From an uncultured Acidobacteriota bacterium (lineage in GTDB: Bacteria; Acidobacteriota; Thermoanaerobaculia; Multivoradales; UBA5704), in NCBI GenBank assembly GCA_963761805.1, contig CAVXIV010000018.1, positions 145,058-209,057 on the forward strand: a DNA stretch of 64,000 nt. The letters run 5' to 3'. Both the position numbers and the translations under genes were made by a program. Shown in pieces: positions 10,295-18,986 of the stretch. The stretch's first letter is position 1. Every line of letters begins with the position of its first letter. Under the pieces are notes generated by a model. The model had not been told where the DNA came from, made no database searches, and saw nothing but the letters and a program-made list of their open reading frames with translations.

Positions 10295-11123
10295 ATGTTC
10301 GTCCCCTATGACATGAGCAAGGTGAAGGTCCTCGATCTCTCGCAGAACTTCAGCATGGATTCGCCGTCGTTCGCGTTCTACGAGGGCCCGACGGTGAAGT
10401 GGGTGAAGCGGCTGGCGTTCGAGGGGGTGAACGCGCAGTTCATCTCGACCACCAACCACATCGCCACCCATCTCGACTCGCCGATCCACTTCTACGATCC
10501 GGGTCCGGACATCGCGGGCATCCCGATCGATACGCTGGTCGGGCCGGCGTGCATCGTGGACATCTCGCAATTCGGCATCGGCGACTACCAGATCTACGGC
10601 CCCGAGCACTTCGAGGAGTGGGAGCAGCAAGACCGGCATCACGATCGAGCGCGGCGACATCCTGGTGATCCACACCGGCTATCACCACTACTACAACGAG
10701 GATTGGTACAAGGTCCACAACCAGGATCAAGCCGGACCTGCCGAAAATGCTTCCTGAAGCACCCCGGACCGCGCAGCGTGTTCTGCCGAGTGGATCCTCG
10801 ACCGCGGCATCCGCTGGCTGGCGGTGGACTGCATCGCCGCGGACCATCCGTTCAACACCAACGTGCGCAAGGCGCGGCCGGACCTCATCCCGGAGGTCGA
10901 GGCGGCGATCGGCATGTCGCTCGACGAGGCCTTCCCGTGGCCCGCGGACTACCAGTGCATGCACGTGAAGCTCTTCCCGCACGGCGTCTTCCACGCCGAG
11001 AACGTGGGCGGGCAGATCGACGAGGTCCTGGATCAGCGGGTCTGGCTCGGCTGCTTCCCCTTCCGTTTCAAGGGCGGAGAGGCGGCCTTCGCGCGCATCG
11101 TGGCGTTCGTGGAGGAGAGATGA
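10295..11123 (+). pseudogene. cyclase-family protein (kynurenine formamidase-like metal hydrolase), two frameshifts (about 10625 and 10740-10800)
   Basis: NHIATHLDSPIHF matches the HxGTHxDxPxH cyclase motif. Pieces TGITIERGDILVIHTGYHH and WLAVDCIAADHP...FARIVAFVEER lie in other frames. SD GGAGGAG lies before ATG 10295. Confidence 0.7.
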
Positions 11124-11277
11124 GGCGTCTAAGGTGCTCGTCCGTGTATGAACTAATGATAGAAGGTAAATGATCGAGCCTGTTGACGCTGGGCGAAACG
11201 CTTCGCAAAGAAGGAATTCTGTCACAGACTGCTGCTGGTCGACGTAAAGGCACAGCCATGCGGGTAGGAGAACGACT

Positions 11278-12192
11278 TTGGAAGTAAGGCTCTTTAGCTT
11301 GAACCTCAACCGACCTTTTGGCGATTTCCAACGAGCTATGCAGCGCTCTCTGGATTTGGTGGCCCTTGGCCTCTTGGCACAAAATGTCGAGGTTGAAGCG
11401 ATCGAATTGCCAGTTTTCCCCCGCCGCGACGTTGGTAGTCACCTTCCAGAAGAGACCCTCCGGGGAGAGTATCCTCGTTGGCTAATTGGCCATGGACTCA
11501 ACGACTGTGTGGAAGCGCTCGAGCCACTCTTCCTGGAAGTCTGGCGGGCATGCCACCTTCCAAAGGTTCAGACGGGCGAGATTTCGAAGGAGTCTCTCCG
11601 AGAGCTTCTAGCAGCCCTTGAGGCAAACAAGTTCTCAAAACAGCCGGTTGGCGCGAAAATCGACGCGTTCCGGAGAGAGTTCCCCGACGTTCTTTCAGCC
11701 GAATGGGAAGCTCCTTTGAGAGCCTTAAACAAGCTCCGAGTTTGCCTAACTCACGCAGGCGGAGTCGTACGCAAAAAGGACTGTACCACGGAGTCGTCGC
11801 TTGAGGTAGGACTTCTCTGGAGGGAGGTTGTATTTGTTGACAAAGAGGGTCACGAGCAGGTGGTAACCAAAGGCATGTACACTGAAACCGAAGGCTACAT
11901 AGGGCTTAAGACAATCAGGGCCCCTAAGGTTGTACAGATCGGAGAACGTGTTGACGTCGGCCCCGCGGAGTTTCTGGGGATCTGCGAGACTCTCCTTCAA
12001 TTTGCGATTGAGTTGAGGCAGTCTGTTGTCGATTACCTTAAGAACCATAGCCTTGTGCCCGCAGAGTTCACATTGGAGCCTCCTCAACATAAGGTATATG
12101 CGACTTTCGGGTCGCCTGAACAGGAAGACAACACTGGAGAACCTGCAGAGGTCTCCGCCACCCCAATTCATGACGTGCGGGCTAGCTCGTGA
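11278..12192 (+). CDS. hypothetical protein, 304 aa (possible HEPN-like R-x4-H motif)
   Basis: Intact ORF in a lower-GC patch. TTG at 11278, or ATG at 11338. Contains LNKLRVCLTHAGG (R154-x4-H159). No other motif recognised. Confidence 0.5.
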   Translation: MEVRLFSLNLNRPFGDFQRAMQRSLDLVALGLLAQNVEVEAIELPVFPRRDVGSHLPEETLRGEYPRWLIGHGLNDCVEALEPLFLEVWRACHLPKVQTGEISKESLRELLAALEANKFSKQPVGAKIDAFRREFPDVLSAEWEAPLRALNKLRVCLTHAGGVVRKKDCTTESSLEVGLLWREVVFVDKEGHEQVVTKGMYTETEGYIGLKTIRAPKVVQIGERVDVGPAEFLGICETLLQFAIELRQSVVDYLKNHSLVPAEFTLEPPQHKVYATFGSPEQEDNTGEPAEVSATPIHDVRASS

Positions 12193-12214
12193 ATTGGTCG
12201 GGAAGGAAAGCGCG

Positions 12215-12514
12215 ATGACGGCACAACAGCTCGGTAAACGCATCAAACGCAACGAAGACCCCTGCCTCCTGACCGGGCGGGCGTTGTTCGTGGACAACAT
12301 CGACCTGCCAGATGACGATGCCTTCCCGTGGCCCGCGGACTACCAGTGCATGCACGTGAAGCTCTTCCCGCACGGCGTCTTCCACGCCGAGAACGTGGGC
12401 GGACAGATCGACGAGGTCCTGGATCAGCGGGTCTGGCTCGGCTGCTTCCCCTTCCGTTTCAAGGGCGGAGAGGCCGCCTTCGCGCGCATCGTGGCGTTCG
12501 TGGAGGAGAAGTAA
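12215..12514 (+). pseudogene. chimeric ORF: 5' about 100 nt copied from the CoxL-like gene start, fused in frame to a copy of the last about 190 nt of the cyclase gene
   Basis: 12215-12313 aligns to 13970-14068 at roughly 85% identity by eye. 12314-12511 aligns to 10923-11120 with 3 mismatches seen. Confidence 0.7.
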
Positions 12515-12572
12515 GGCCCCGGGGAAGGAGTTGGGCGGAGCCCCGGGGATCAGAAAGATGATCGGCGTCTGG

Positions 12573-12815
12573 CTAGAACATGCAGGGCGAGGTGAGGCAG
12601 CGGAACTGCGTGCAGCACGTCGGGCCGTTGCAACAGGTCCGCCGCTGGTACAGCTTGGTGTTGGCGGAGCAGCAGCCGTAATACTGCCAAGTGCCGCAGC
12701 CGATCGACGCGCAGGTCTGGGCGTCCACGGGTTCCGGCTGGCTCAGGAGCGACACGAAGGACAGGGCGACGGCAAGCAGCATGAGAACGATACGGGTCTT
12801 GCTGGGCTTGGACAT
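12573..12815 (-). CDS. small secreted cysteine-rich peptide (80 aa precursor, about 48-aa mature part with 10 Cys)
   Basis: ATG at 12815 is preceded by AAGGAGA. Signal peptide MSKPSKTRIVLMLLAVALSFVSLLSQPEPVDA; mature part QTCASIGCGTWQYYGCCSANTKLYQRRTCCNGPTCCTQFRCLTSPCMF. Confidence 0.6.
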   Translation of the reverse strand: MSKPSKTRIVLMLLAVALSFVSLLSQPEPVDAQTCASIGCGTWQYYGCCSANTKLYQRRTCCNGPTCCTQFRCLTSPCMF

Positions 12816-12992
12816 CTTGGTCTCCTTGATTTGGATCATGGTCATCGAATGAACCCGAGGCTCGCCCATCTACAATGGACATGGTGCGGCCCAGCCCTCT
12901 AGCGTGTCACGGCGGGCTTTTTCGATCGCCTGTGCCAGGATCGCGGTACCGTTACGCGGATCGTAACCAGCAGAGGAGAATCAGGATTGAGA

Positions 12993-13808
12993 TCAGCTAG
13001 CAGGGGAGTCGCGGAGATTCTGGATCGCGCTCCAGAAGCCCGCGCGAAGATCTTTCTTCAGGTTCTGGTGTCCTTGCAAAGAGCCAAGAGAACGTTCAGC
13101 GGCAAGCAGGAGTTGGGCGTCGAGCTGATTCGGAATGACTGGGGCCTCGTCGAGAAGTCGCCGAATCTCGCCTGGGGTCGCCAACCGGCTCCATTCGAGG
13201 GCGAAGGTCTGGCCGGCGAGCCTTGCGGAATCTCCGTCCATGGGGACCCCTGGCAAGACCGTCTGCGTTGGGGGTTCCTGAGGCAAGAAGAAGGGAGCCA
13301 GGAAAGCCGTTTCGAGCACCACATGCTCGTCGGACTCCCGGACCAGGGTTTTGGCTTGGTTCCCCGATCCTGTCGTCGGGATACCGACCACGACGACCTC
13401 TACTCCCATCTCTTGAGCAGCGACAACCCCTTCCCGCAGGTCTTCGTCACCTCCGAGCAGGAAGATCGTGGTGACGGCGCGCTCTCGGGCGAGGGTCATC
13501 AGGTCCCTGACGATCAGCGAATCAACGCCTTTCTGTCTCCTTCCCACCAGACGGCCGAGGCGCAGCTTGACATGGTCCAACTCGGCAATCGCGAGTTGCT
13601 CCGGAGTCGGTATCCCGTCAGGGGCGGCGTCGTACCAGTAGAGCCTGAGGATTGGAAGCTGGCAGCGGCCGGTTGCGAACCCGGCGAGCGCGTCGATCAG
13701 GTGTTCATAGGCGCACTGGAAGTTCTTCCTCGCCGACGTGCCGCAGCACAGCTTGCCCCCCTCGGCGAGAAGGTGCCCAGCGTCCACGAACACGGCGCAC
13801 CGATCCAT
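12993..13808 (-). CDS. NYN-domain (LabA/DUF88-like) predicted RNase with an extra C-terminal region
   Basis: MDRCAVFVDAGHL...GVDSLIVRDLM...IFLLGGDEDL pattern is typical of the NYN/LabA fold. Confidence 0.75.
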   Translation of the reverse strand: MDRCAVFVDAGHLLAEGGKLCCGTSARKNFQCAYEHLIDALAGFATGRCQLPILRLYWYDAAPDGIPTPEQLAIAELDHVKLRLGRLVGRRQKGVDSLIVRDLMTLARERAVTTIFLLGGDEDLREGVVAAQEMGVEVVVVGIPTTGSGNQAKTLVRESDEHVVLETAFLAPFFLPQEPPTQTVLPGVPMDGDSARLAGQTFALEWSRLATPGEIRRLLDEAPVIPNQLDAQLLLAAERSLGSLQGHQNLKKDLRAGFWSAIQNLRDSPAS

Positions 13809-13969
13809 TCGCCCTCCTTAAAACAAAAAGGCCCCGTAGCGGGCCCAACAAACACGAGCCACCGTTCCAGGACGGCGACATCGCTTACAGAGTATTCTAG
13901 AGACCGTGAATCCGTCTGTCAAGTCAAGATTCCCGGCATGAATGCCCTCGGGCCGATCGGAGTTCCAGA

Positions 13970-16309
13970 ATGACAACACAGCCTCTCGGGGAACGGATCA
14001 AGCGCAACGAGGACCCCCGCCTGCTGACCGGGCGGGCGTTGTTCGTGGACGACATCGACCTGCCGGACATGCTGCACGTGGCCTTCGTGCGCAGCCAGCA
14101 CGCGCACGCTCGTCTGCTCGGGATCGACACGTCCCAGGCGCTGAAACGGGAGGGCGTCGTGGCGGTCTACACCGCCGAGGACCTCGGGGACTACTGGCAG
14201 CACGGGCCGCTGCTGGTGCCGCCGCCGCCGGTTGAGGGGATGGTCTTCCACGAGCGCACGCAGGTGCCGCTGGCCAAGGGCAAGGTGCGCCACGTCGGCG
14301 AGCCCGTGGCCCTGGTCGTCGCCGTCTCGCGCTACGTGGCCGAGGATGCCGTCGAGGAGGTCTTCGTCGACTACGAGCCGCTGCCGGCCGTCGTGGACCT
14401 CGAGAAGGCCCTGGAGCCGGGCGCCGCCCTGATCCACGAGGACGTGGGCTCGAACGTCGCCGCGTACGTGCCCCAGAAGAAGGGGGATTACGAGGCCGCC
14501 CGCGCCCGTGCCGACGTGGTGATCCGCCGCCGCTTCTCCTACGACCGCGGCGCCTCGGCGGCCATCGAGAACCGCGGCGTGGTCGCCCAGTGGGACGCCC
14601 GCGCCCAGCGGCTGACGGTGTGGGACACCACCCAGGCGCCCATCCCCGTGCGCAACGGCCTGGCGGCCATGCTCGGCCTCTCCGAGCACCAGGTCCGCCT
14701 CGTGGCGCCGTTCATCGGCGGCGGCTTCGGTCCCAAGATCATGATGTTCTACCCCGAAGAGGTGCTCGTTCCCTGGCTCGCCATGCGCTTGGAAAGGCCG
14801 ATCAAGTGGATCGAGGACCGCGCCGAGAACTTCTTCGCCACCACGCAGGAGCGCGGGCAGATCCACGACGCCGAGATCGCCCTCACGCGCGACGGCGTCA
14901 TCCTGGGCGTCAAGGACTCCTTCCTCCACGACTCCGGCGCCTACGATCCCTACGGCCTCACCGTGCCGCTCAACAGCCAGTGCACGCTCATGGGGCCGTA
15001 CCGCATCCCCGCCTACGCCAGCGAGTTCCGGGCGGTCTTCACCAACAAGACCATCGTCACTCCCTACCGCGGCGCCGGCCGCCAGCACGGCGTCTTCGTG
15101 ATCGAAAGGCTGATGGACCTCGCGGCCCGCGAGCTGGGGATCGACCGCATCGAGATCCGGCGGCGCAACTTCCTACTGCCGGAGGAGTTCCCGCACGATC
15201 ACGTGATCATCTATCAGGATTTCGCGCCGCTCTATTACGACAGCGGCAACTACGATCCGGTGATGGACCAGACCCTGGAGCGGATCGGCTACGAGCGTTT
15301 CCTCCGCGAAGAGCAGCCGCGCCTGCGGGCCGCGGGCAAGTCGGTGGGGATCGGCGTCGTCGCCTACGTCGAAGGCACCGGCATCGGTCCTTTCGAAGGC
15401 GCGCGCGTGCAGGTGCAGACCAGCGGCAAGGTGACCGTGGTCACCGGCGTCGGCACCCAGGGCCAGGGGCATTACACGGTGCTGGCGCAGGTCGCCGCCG
15501 CAGCAGCTCGGCGTGCTGGTCGAGGACGTGGAGGTGGTCACGGGCGACAGCGATCAGTTCCACTGGGGGACCGGCACCTTCGCCAGCCGCGGCGCCGTGG
15601 TGGCCGGCAACGCCGTGAACGAGGCCGCCGAGGAGCGTGCGCGAGAAGGCGGTCCGGCTGGCCGCCGAGCGGCTCGGCGTCGCCGAGGACCAGATCGAGC
15701 TCGCCGGGGGACAGGCGCGGGTGGCGGGGGAGCCGGAGAAGTCGATCGCGCTCGGCGAGCTGGCGAAGCTGGCCAACCCCATGCGCGGCGCGGTCAAGCC
15801 CGGCACCGAGCCGGGCCTGGAGGCCACCCGCTACTTCGGCCCCTTCCGCGGCGCCACCGCCAGCGGCTGCCACGCCATGATCGTCGAGGTGGACCCGGAG
15901 ACCATGCAGATCGAGATCCAGAAGTACGTCGTGGTCCACGACTGCGGCCGGGTGCTCAACCCGCTGCTGGTGGACGGCCAGGTGCACGGCGGCGTGGCGC
16001 AGGGGATCGGCAACTGCTTATTTCGAGCAGCTCGTCTACGACGACAACGGCCAGCTCCTGAACGCCAGCTTCATGGACTTCCTGCTTCCCACGGCGCTCG
16101 ACGTGCCGCGCGTCGAGGTTGGCCACGAGGAGACGGTCTCGCCGCTCAACGCGCTCGGCACCAAGGGCGCGGGCGAGGCCGGCGCGATCCCGGTGGGCGC
16201 GCTCTTCGCCCAGGCGATCGAGGACGCGCTGGCCATCCCCGGCCTGGAGATCCTCGAGATCCCGCTCAAGCCCAGCCGGCTCTGGGAGCTGGCCCGGGAG
16301 GCCCGATGA
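13970..16309 (+). pseudogene. xanthine dehydrogenase family molybdopterin-binding large subunit (CoxL form-II-like), three frameshifts (about 15497, 15635, 16020)
   Basis: Collinear pieces lie in three frames, ending ...GTKGAGEAGAIPV...LWELAREAR. The active-site loop reads PYRGAGRQHG, not the AYXCSFR of true CO dehydrogenases. Confidence 0.85.
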
Positions 16310-16428
16310 AGATCCAGATGAACCAGCAGCCCGCACGTCCGGCGTCTCCCGCGAAGCGGCCGTGGCTGATCGGCGGCGCGCTCCTTCTCGCGCTGATCCT
16401 GTTCCTCTTCGCGCGGTCCTTGGAATGA
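16306..16428 (+). CDS. possible 40-aa single-pass membrane peptide
   Basis: The ATG overlaps the CoxL stop (ATGA). MKIQMNQQPARPASPAKRPWLIGGALLLALILFLFARSLE has one hydrophobic helix. No other support. Confidence 0.3.
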   Translation: MKIQMNQQPARPASPAKRPWLIGGALLLALILFLFARSLE

Positions 16429-16523
16429 CCGGGGTGAGGGAAAAGAGCGGTTCCCTTCGTTCTCTGGTGCAAGGCGGTCCAAGACGGGCTGCGACACCAA
16501 AGCAACTAAGGGAGGGAACGAAA

Positions 16524-16610
16524 ATGACCAAGATCGTGCGTGCACTGAAGTCGGCGCTGGCCATCCGCCCCAAGGGCGTTCACTACTGGTGGGGATACCA
16601 CCAGATCTGA
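16524..16610 (+). CDS. candidate RiPP precursor peptide, 28 aa, aromatic C-terminal core (MTKIVRALKSALAIRPKGVHYWWGYHQI)
   Basis: Not listed separately in the track (it is the tail of ORF 16119-16610). GGGAGGG lies 7 nt upstream of the ATG. The stop is 15 nt before the first P450 start. Confidence 0.55.
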   Translation: MTKIVRALKSALAIRPKGVHYWWGYHQI

Positions 16611-16625
16611 CCGGAGAGGGGCCTG

Positions 16626-17747
16626 ATGGCGGACGGAGAATCTGAGGTCGACTTTCATCGGGCCCCGCTGCAGTTCCTCGATCAGGCGTTCCCGGCCGCC
16701 GGGGACGCCGTCTGGCTTCCGGGACGCCAGCTCTGCCTCTCGGAGGCGGCGGCTTCCAGGGCCGTCCTGGTCAACGGCGAAGACCTCTACGAAGACCATT
16801 CCGATTTCTTCCATACCCGGCGCGGCAACTTCGGCCCGCGCTCCGTCCAGGAGGAGATGGGCCGCGCGGCGCGGGCGCTGCTGCGGGCGCACCTCCGCGA
16901 ACGATCGGACAAGCTGCCGGCCGCGGTCCAGGCCCTGGCGCCGGTCAGCGATTGGCCGGACGCCGGCAACTGGCTGGCCTACCGCCATTTCGCGGACGCG
17001 CTGATCGCGCCCGACAGTCCGGCCCGGCTGCGTCATGCGGTCGAACAGATCGTGCGGCGCGCCGTCCTGGCCGGAGCCCGCGACCGCTACTCCCGTCTGA
17101 CCCGCGCCGTGTTCCGGTTCCGCGTCATGCGCGAGCTGGGACGGGCGATCAAGGAACGGCGTGCCCGCAGCGGCGAACCCTTGGACGTCCTCGACGTCGT
17201 GGCCCGCGCGGCGGGACCGGAGGCTCCGGTGGCGGAGCTGGCGGAGGTCTTCCTGTCGTTCCTGTTCGCCGCCGCGGGCTCGGTGGGATTCGTCCTCGGC
17301 TGGTCTCTCTACCTGATGGGCACGCACCCGGGCGCCGAGGCCGAGCCGTCCAGGGTGGTCCGCGAGGCGCTGCGCCTGTGGCCCGTGGCCTGGTTCCTGT
17401 CGCGCCGCCCGGCCCGGCCGCACGAGGTCGCCGGCGTCGCCGTCACGCCCGAGGACGAGGTGATCGTCTGCCCCTACGCCGTCCACCGCAACCCGCGGCA
17501 CTGGGAAGATCCGCACGACTACCGGCCCGAGCGGTGGGCCGCGGACCATGACCCGCAGGCGTTCATCCCCTTCGGCTGGGGACCGCACCGCTGCATCGCG
17601 GGCACGCTGTCCATGCAACTGGTGGAGGACGTCCTCGAGATCCTCGCCGGCGACTACCGCCTCACCGTCACACCCCTGGAAACCCAGCCATGCGTCCGCG
17701 CCGCGCTCGCGCCGCCGCGGTTCACGCTGGCTCTGGAGCCGCGCTGA
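16626..17747 (+). CDS. cytochrome P450 (373 aa)
   Basis: Heme-ligand loop FIPFGWGPHRCIAG. ExxR in REALRLWP. I-helix-like AAAGSVG. Confidence 0.85.
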   Translation: MADGESEVDFHRAPLQFLDQAFPAAGDAVWLPGRQLCLSEAAASRAVLVNGEDLYEDHSDFFHTRRGNFGPRSVQEEMGRAARALLRAHLRERSDKLPAAVQALAPVSDWPDAGNWLAYRHFADALIAPDSPARLRHAVEQIVRRAVLAGARDRYSRLTRAVFRFRVMRELGRAIKERRARSGEPLDVLDVVARAAGPEAPVAELAEVFLSFLFAAAGSVGFVLGWSLYLMGTHPGAEAEPSRVVREALRLWPVAWFLSRRPARPHEVAGVAVTPEDEVIVCPYAVHRNPRHWEDPHDYRPERWAADHDPQAFIPFGWGPHRCIAGTLSMQLVEDVLEILAGDYRLTVTPLETQPCVRAALAPPRFTLALEPR

Positions 17748-18974
17748 TGGCCGTGTCGCCCCGAGAACAGGATGCGTTGCGCGATCTGCGCGCCAGGAGT
17801 TACGCGGAAGGGGGCGTCTTCTGGGTCGGCGAAGACACGCTGGCCGCGTTCGACGGCGAGGTGGCGCAACAGATCAACGCGAGCAATTTCGCGCGACCTG
17901 ACTCTTCCCGACAACCTGAGCGACCTGCTGCGCGGCCGCGACAGCAAGGTTTTCCACTGGAAGCAGGTCCGCGCCGCCTGGCTCGCACGGATGCGGGACC
18001 TTTCGGACCCCGCGGGAATGGAGAAGCTCGCCGCCCATATGAGCGCCCTGCTCGACGAGCGGCTCGGCCGGTCGCTCGATCTGGTCTGGGCGGCGCAGGA
18101 GGTGGTCTCGCAAGCGCTCGTCCCGGTGGTGGTGGACGGCCTCGGACCGGCCGGCACGGCGCGCGTCGTGCGCGATCAGAGCTTCAAGATCGACGAGCTG
18201 ATGGCCACGGGGCCCACGCGCCAGACCCTGCGGGAGAAGCTCCGCGCGGTCTGGATCCAGATCAGCGCCGGCTGGGCCGTACGCCGGGAGCTGCGAGGGC
18301 GCGCGGCCGGCCGCCGGCCGCGCCGGTCCGACCTCACCGATCCGATCGTCGACCTGCTGCCGGAATTGGGGCTGGACCGCGCCGTCGACGCGGTCACCGG
18401 CGTCCTGACCGCCATCGCCGGCCCGCCGGGGACCACCGCGGCCTGCCTGCTCTACGAGCTGACCCGCCGGCCCGACTGGTCGGAGCGGCTGGCCGCCGAG
18501 CTGGCGCCGGTCCCCCTGGCGGACCTCTACGCCGCGCCGACCCGCGTCGCTCCCGCGGCCCACCGCTTCGTCAAAGAGACCCTGCGCATGTGGAGCCCCA
18601 CGCCGCTGGTGCACCGCGCGGTCCGCACCGAGATCCACCACGAGCGGGCCTGCCTCAAGCCCGGCCAGGGTTATCTGCTCAGTCCCGACATCCTCCACCA
18701 CGACCCGCGGCTGTGGAAGGACCCCGACACCTTCGATCCGGACCGCTGGCTCGAAGACGAAGCGTGCCCCGTCTCCGGCGCCCGCTACGTCCCCTTCGGC
18801 TGGTCTCCGAGAGGCTGCATCGGAGCCGGCCTGGGCACCGCGCAACTGATCCTGCTGTGCCACCTGATGACCACCCGCTACCGCATCCAGCTTTCCGATC
18901 CGGAAGCGCTCCGTATCGCGCTGTTCTCGGTGCCGGTGCCCCGGAATTTCAGGGGCACGATCACGCGGCGGTGA
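17747..18974 (+). pseudogene. cytochrome P450, second copy, one frameshift near 17885
   Basis: ATG 17747 overlaps the upstream stop (TGATG). N-terminus MAVSPREQDALRDL... is in frame 2; the rest (KETLRMWSP, YVPFGWSPRGCIGAG) is in frame 0 (track ORF 17772-18974). Confidence 0.8.
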
Positions 18975-18986
18975 CAAGGACTTCCT

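Noticed and set aside
9029-11173. 714-aa track ORF as one protein
   Set aside because: It is a chance read-through. Only its first about 150 codons (DUF1116 N-terminus), a middle piece and the cyclase N-terminus are meaningful. The remainder is out-of-frame sequence created by frameshifts.
13970-16309. Calling the Mo-enzyme a true aerobic CO dehydrogenase
   Set aside because: The large subunit has PYRGAGR instead of the AYXCSFR active-site loop of form I CoxL. The neighbouring genes (deaminase, amidase, cyclase) point to heterocycle hydroxylation.
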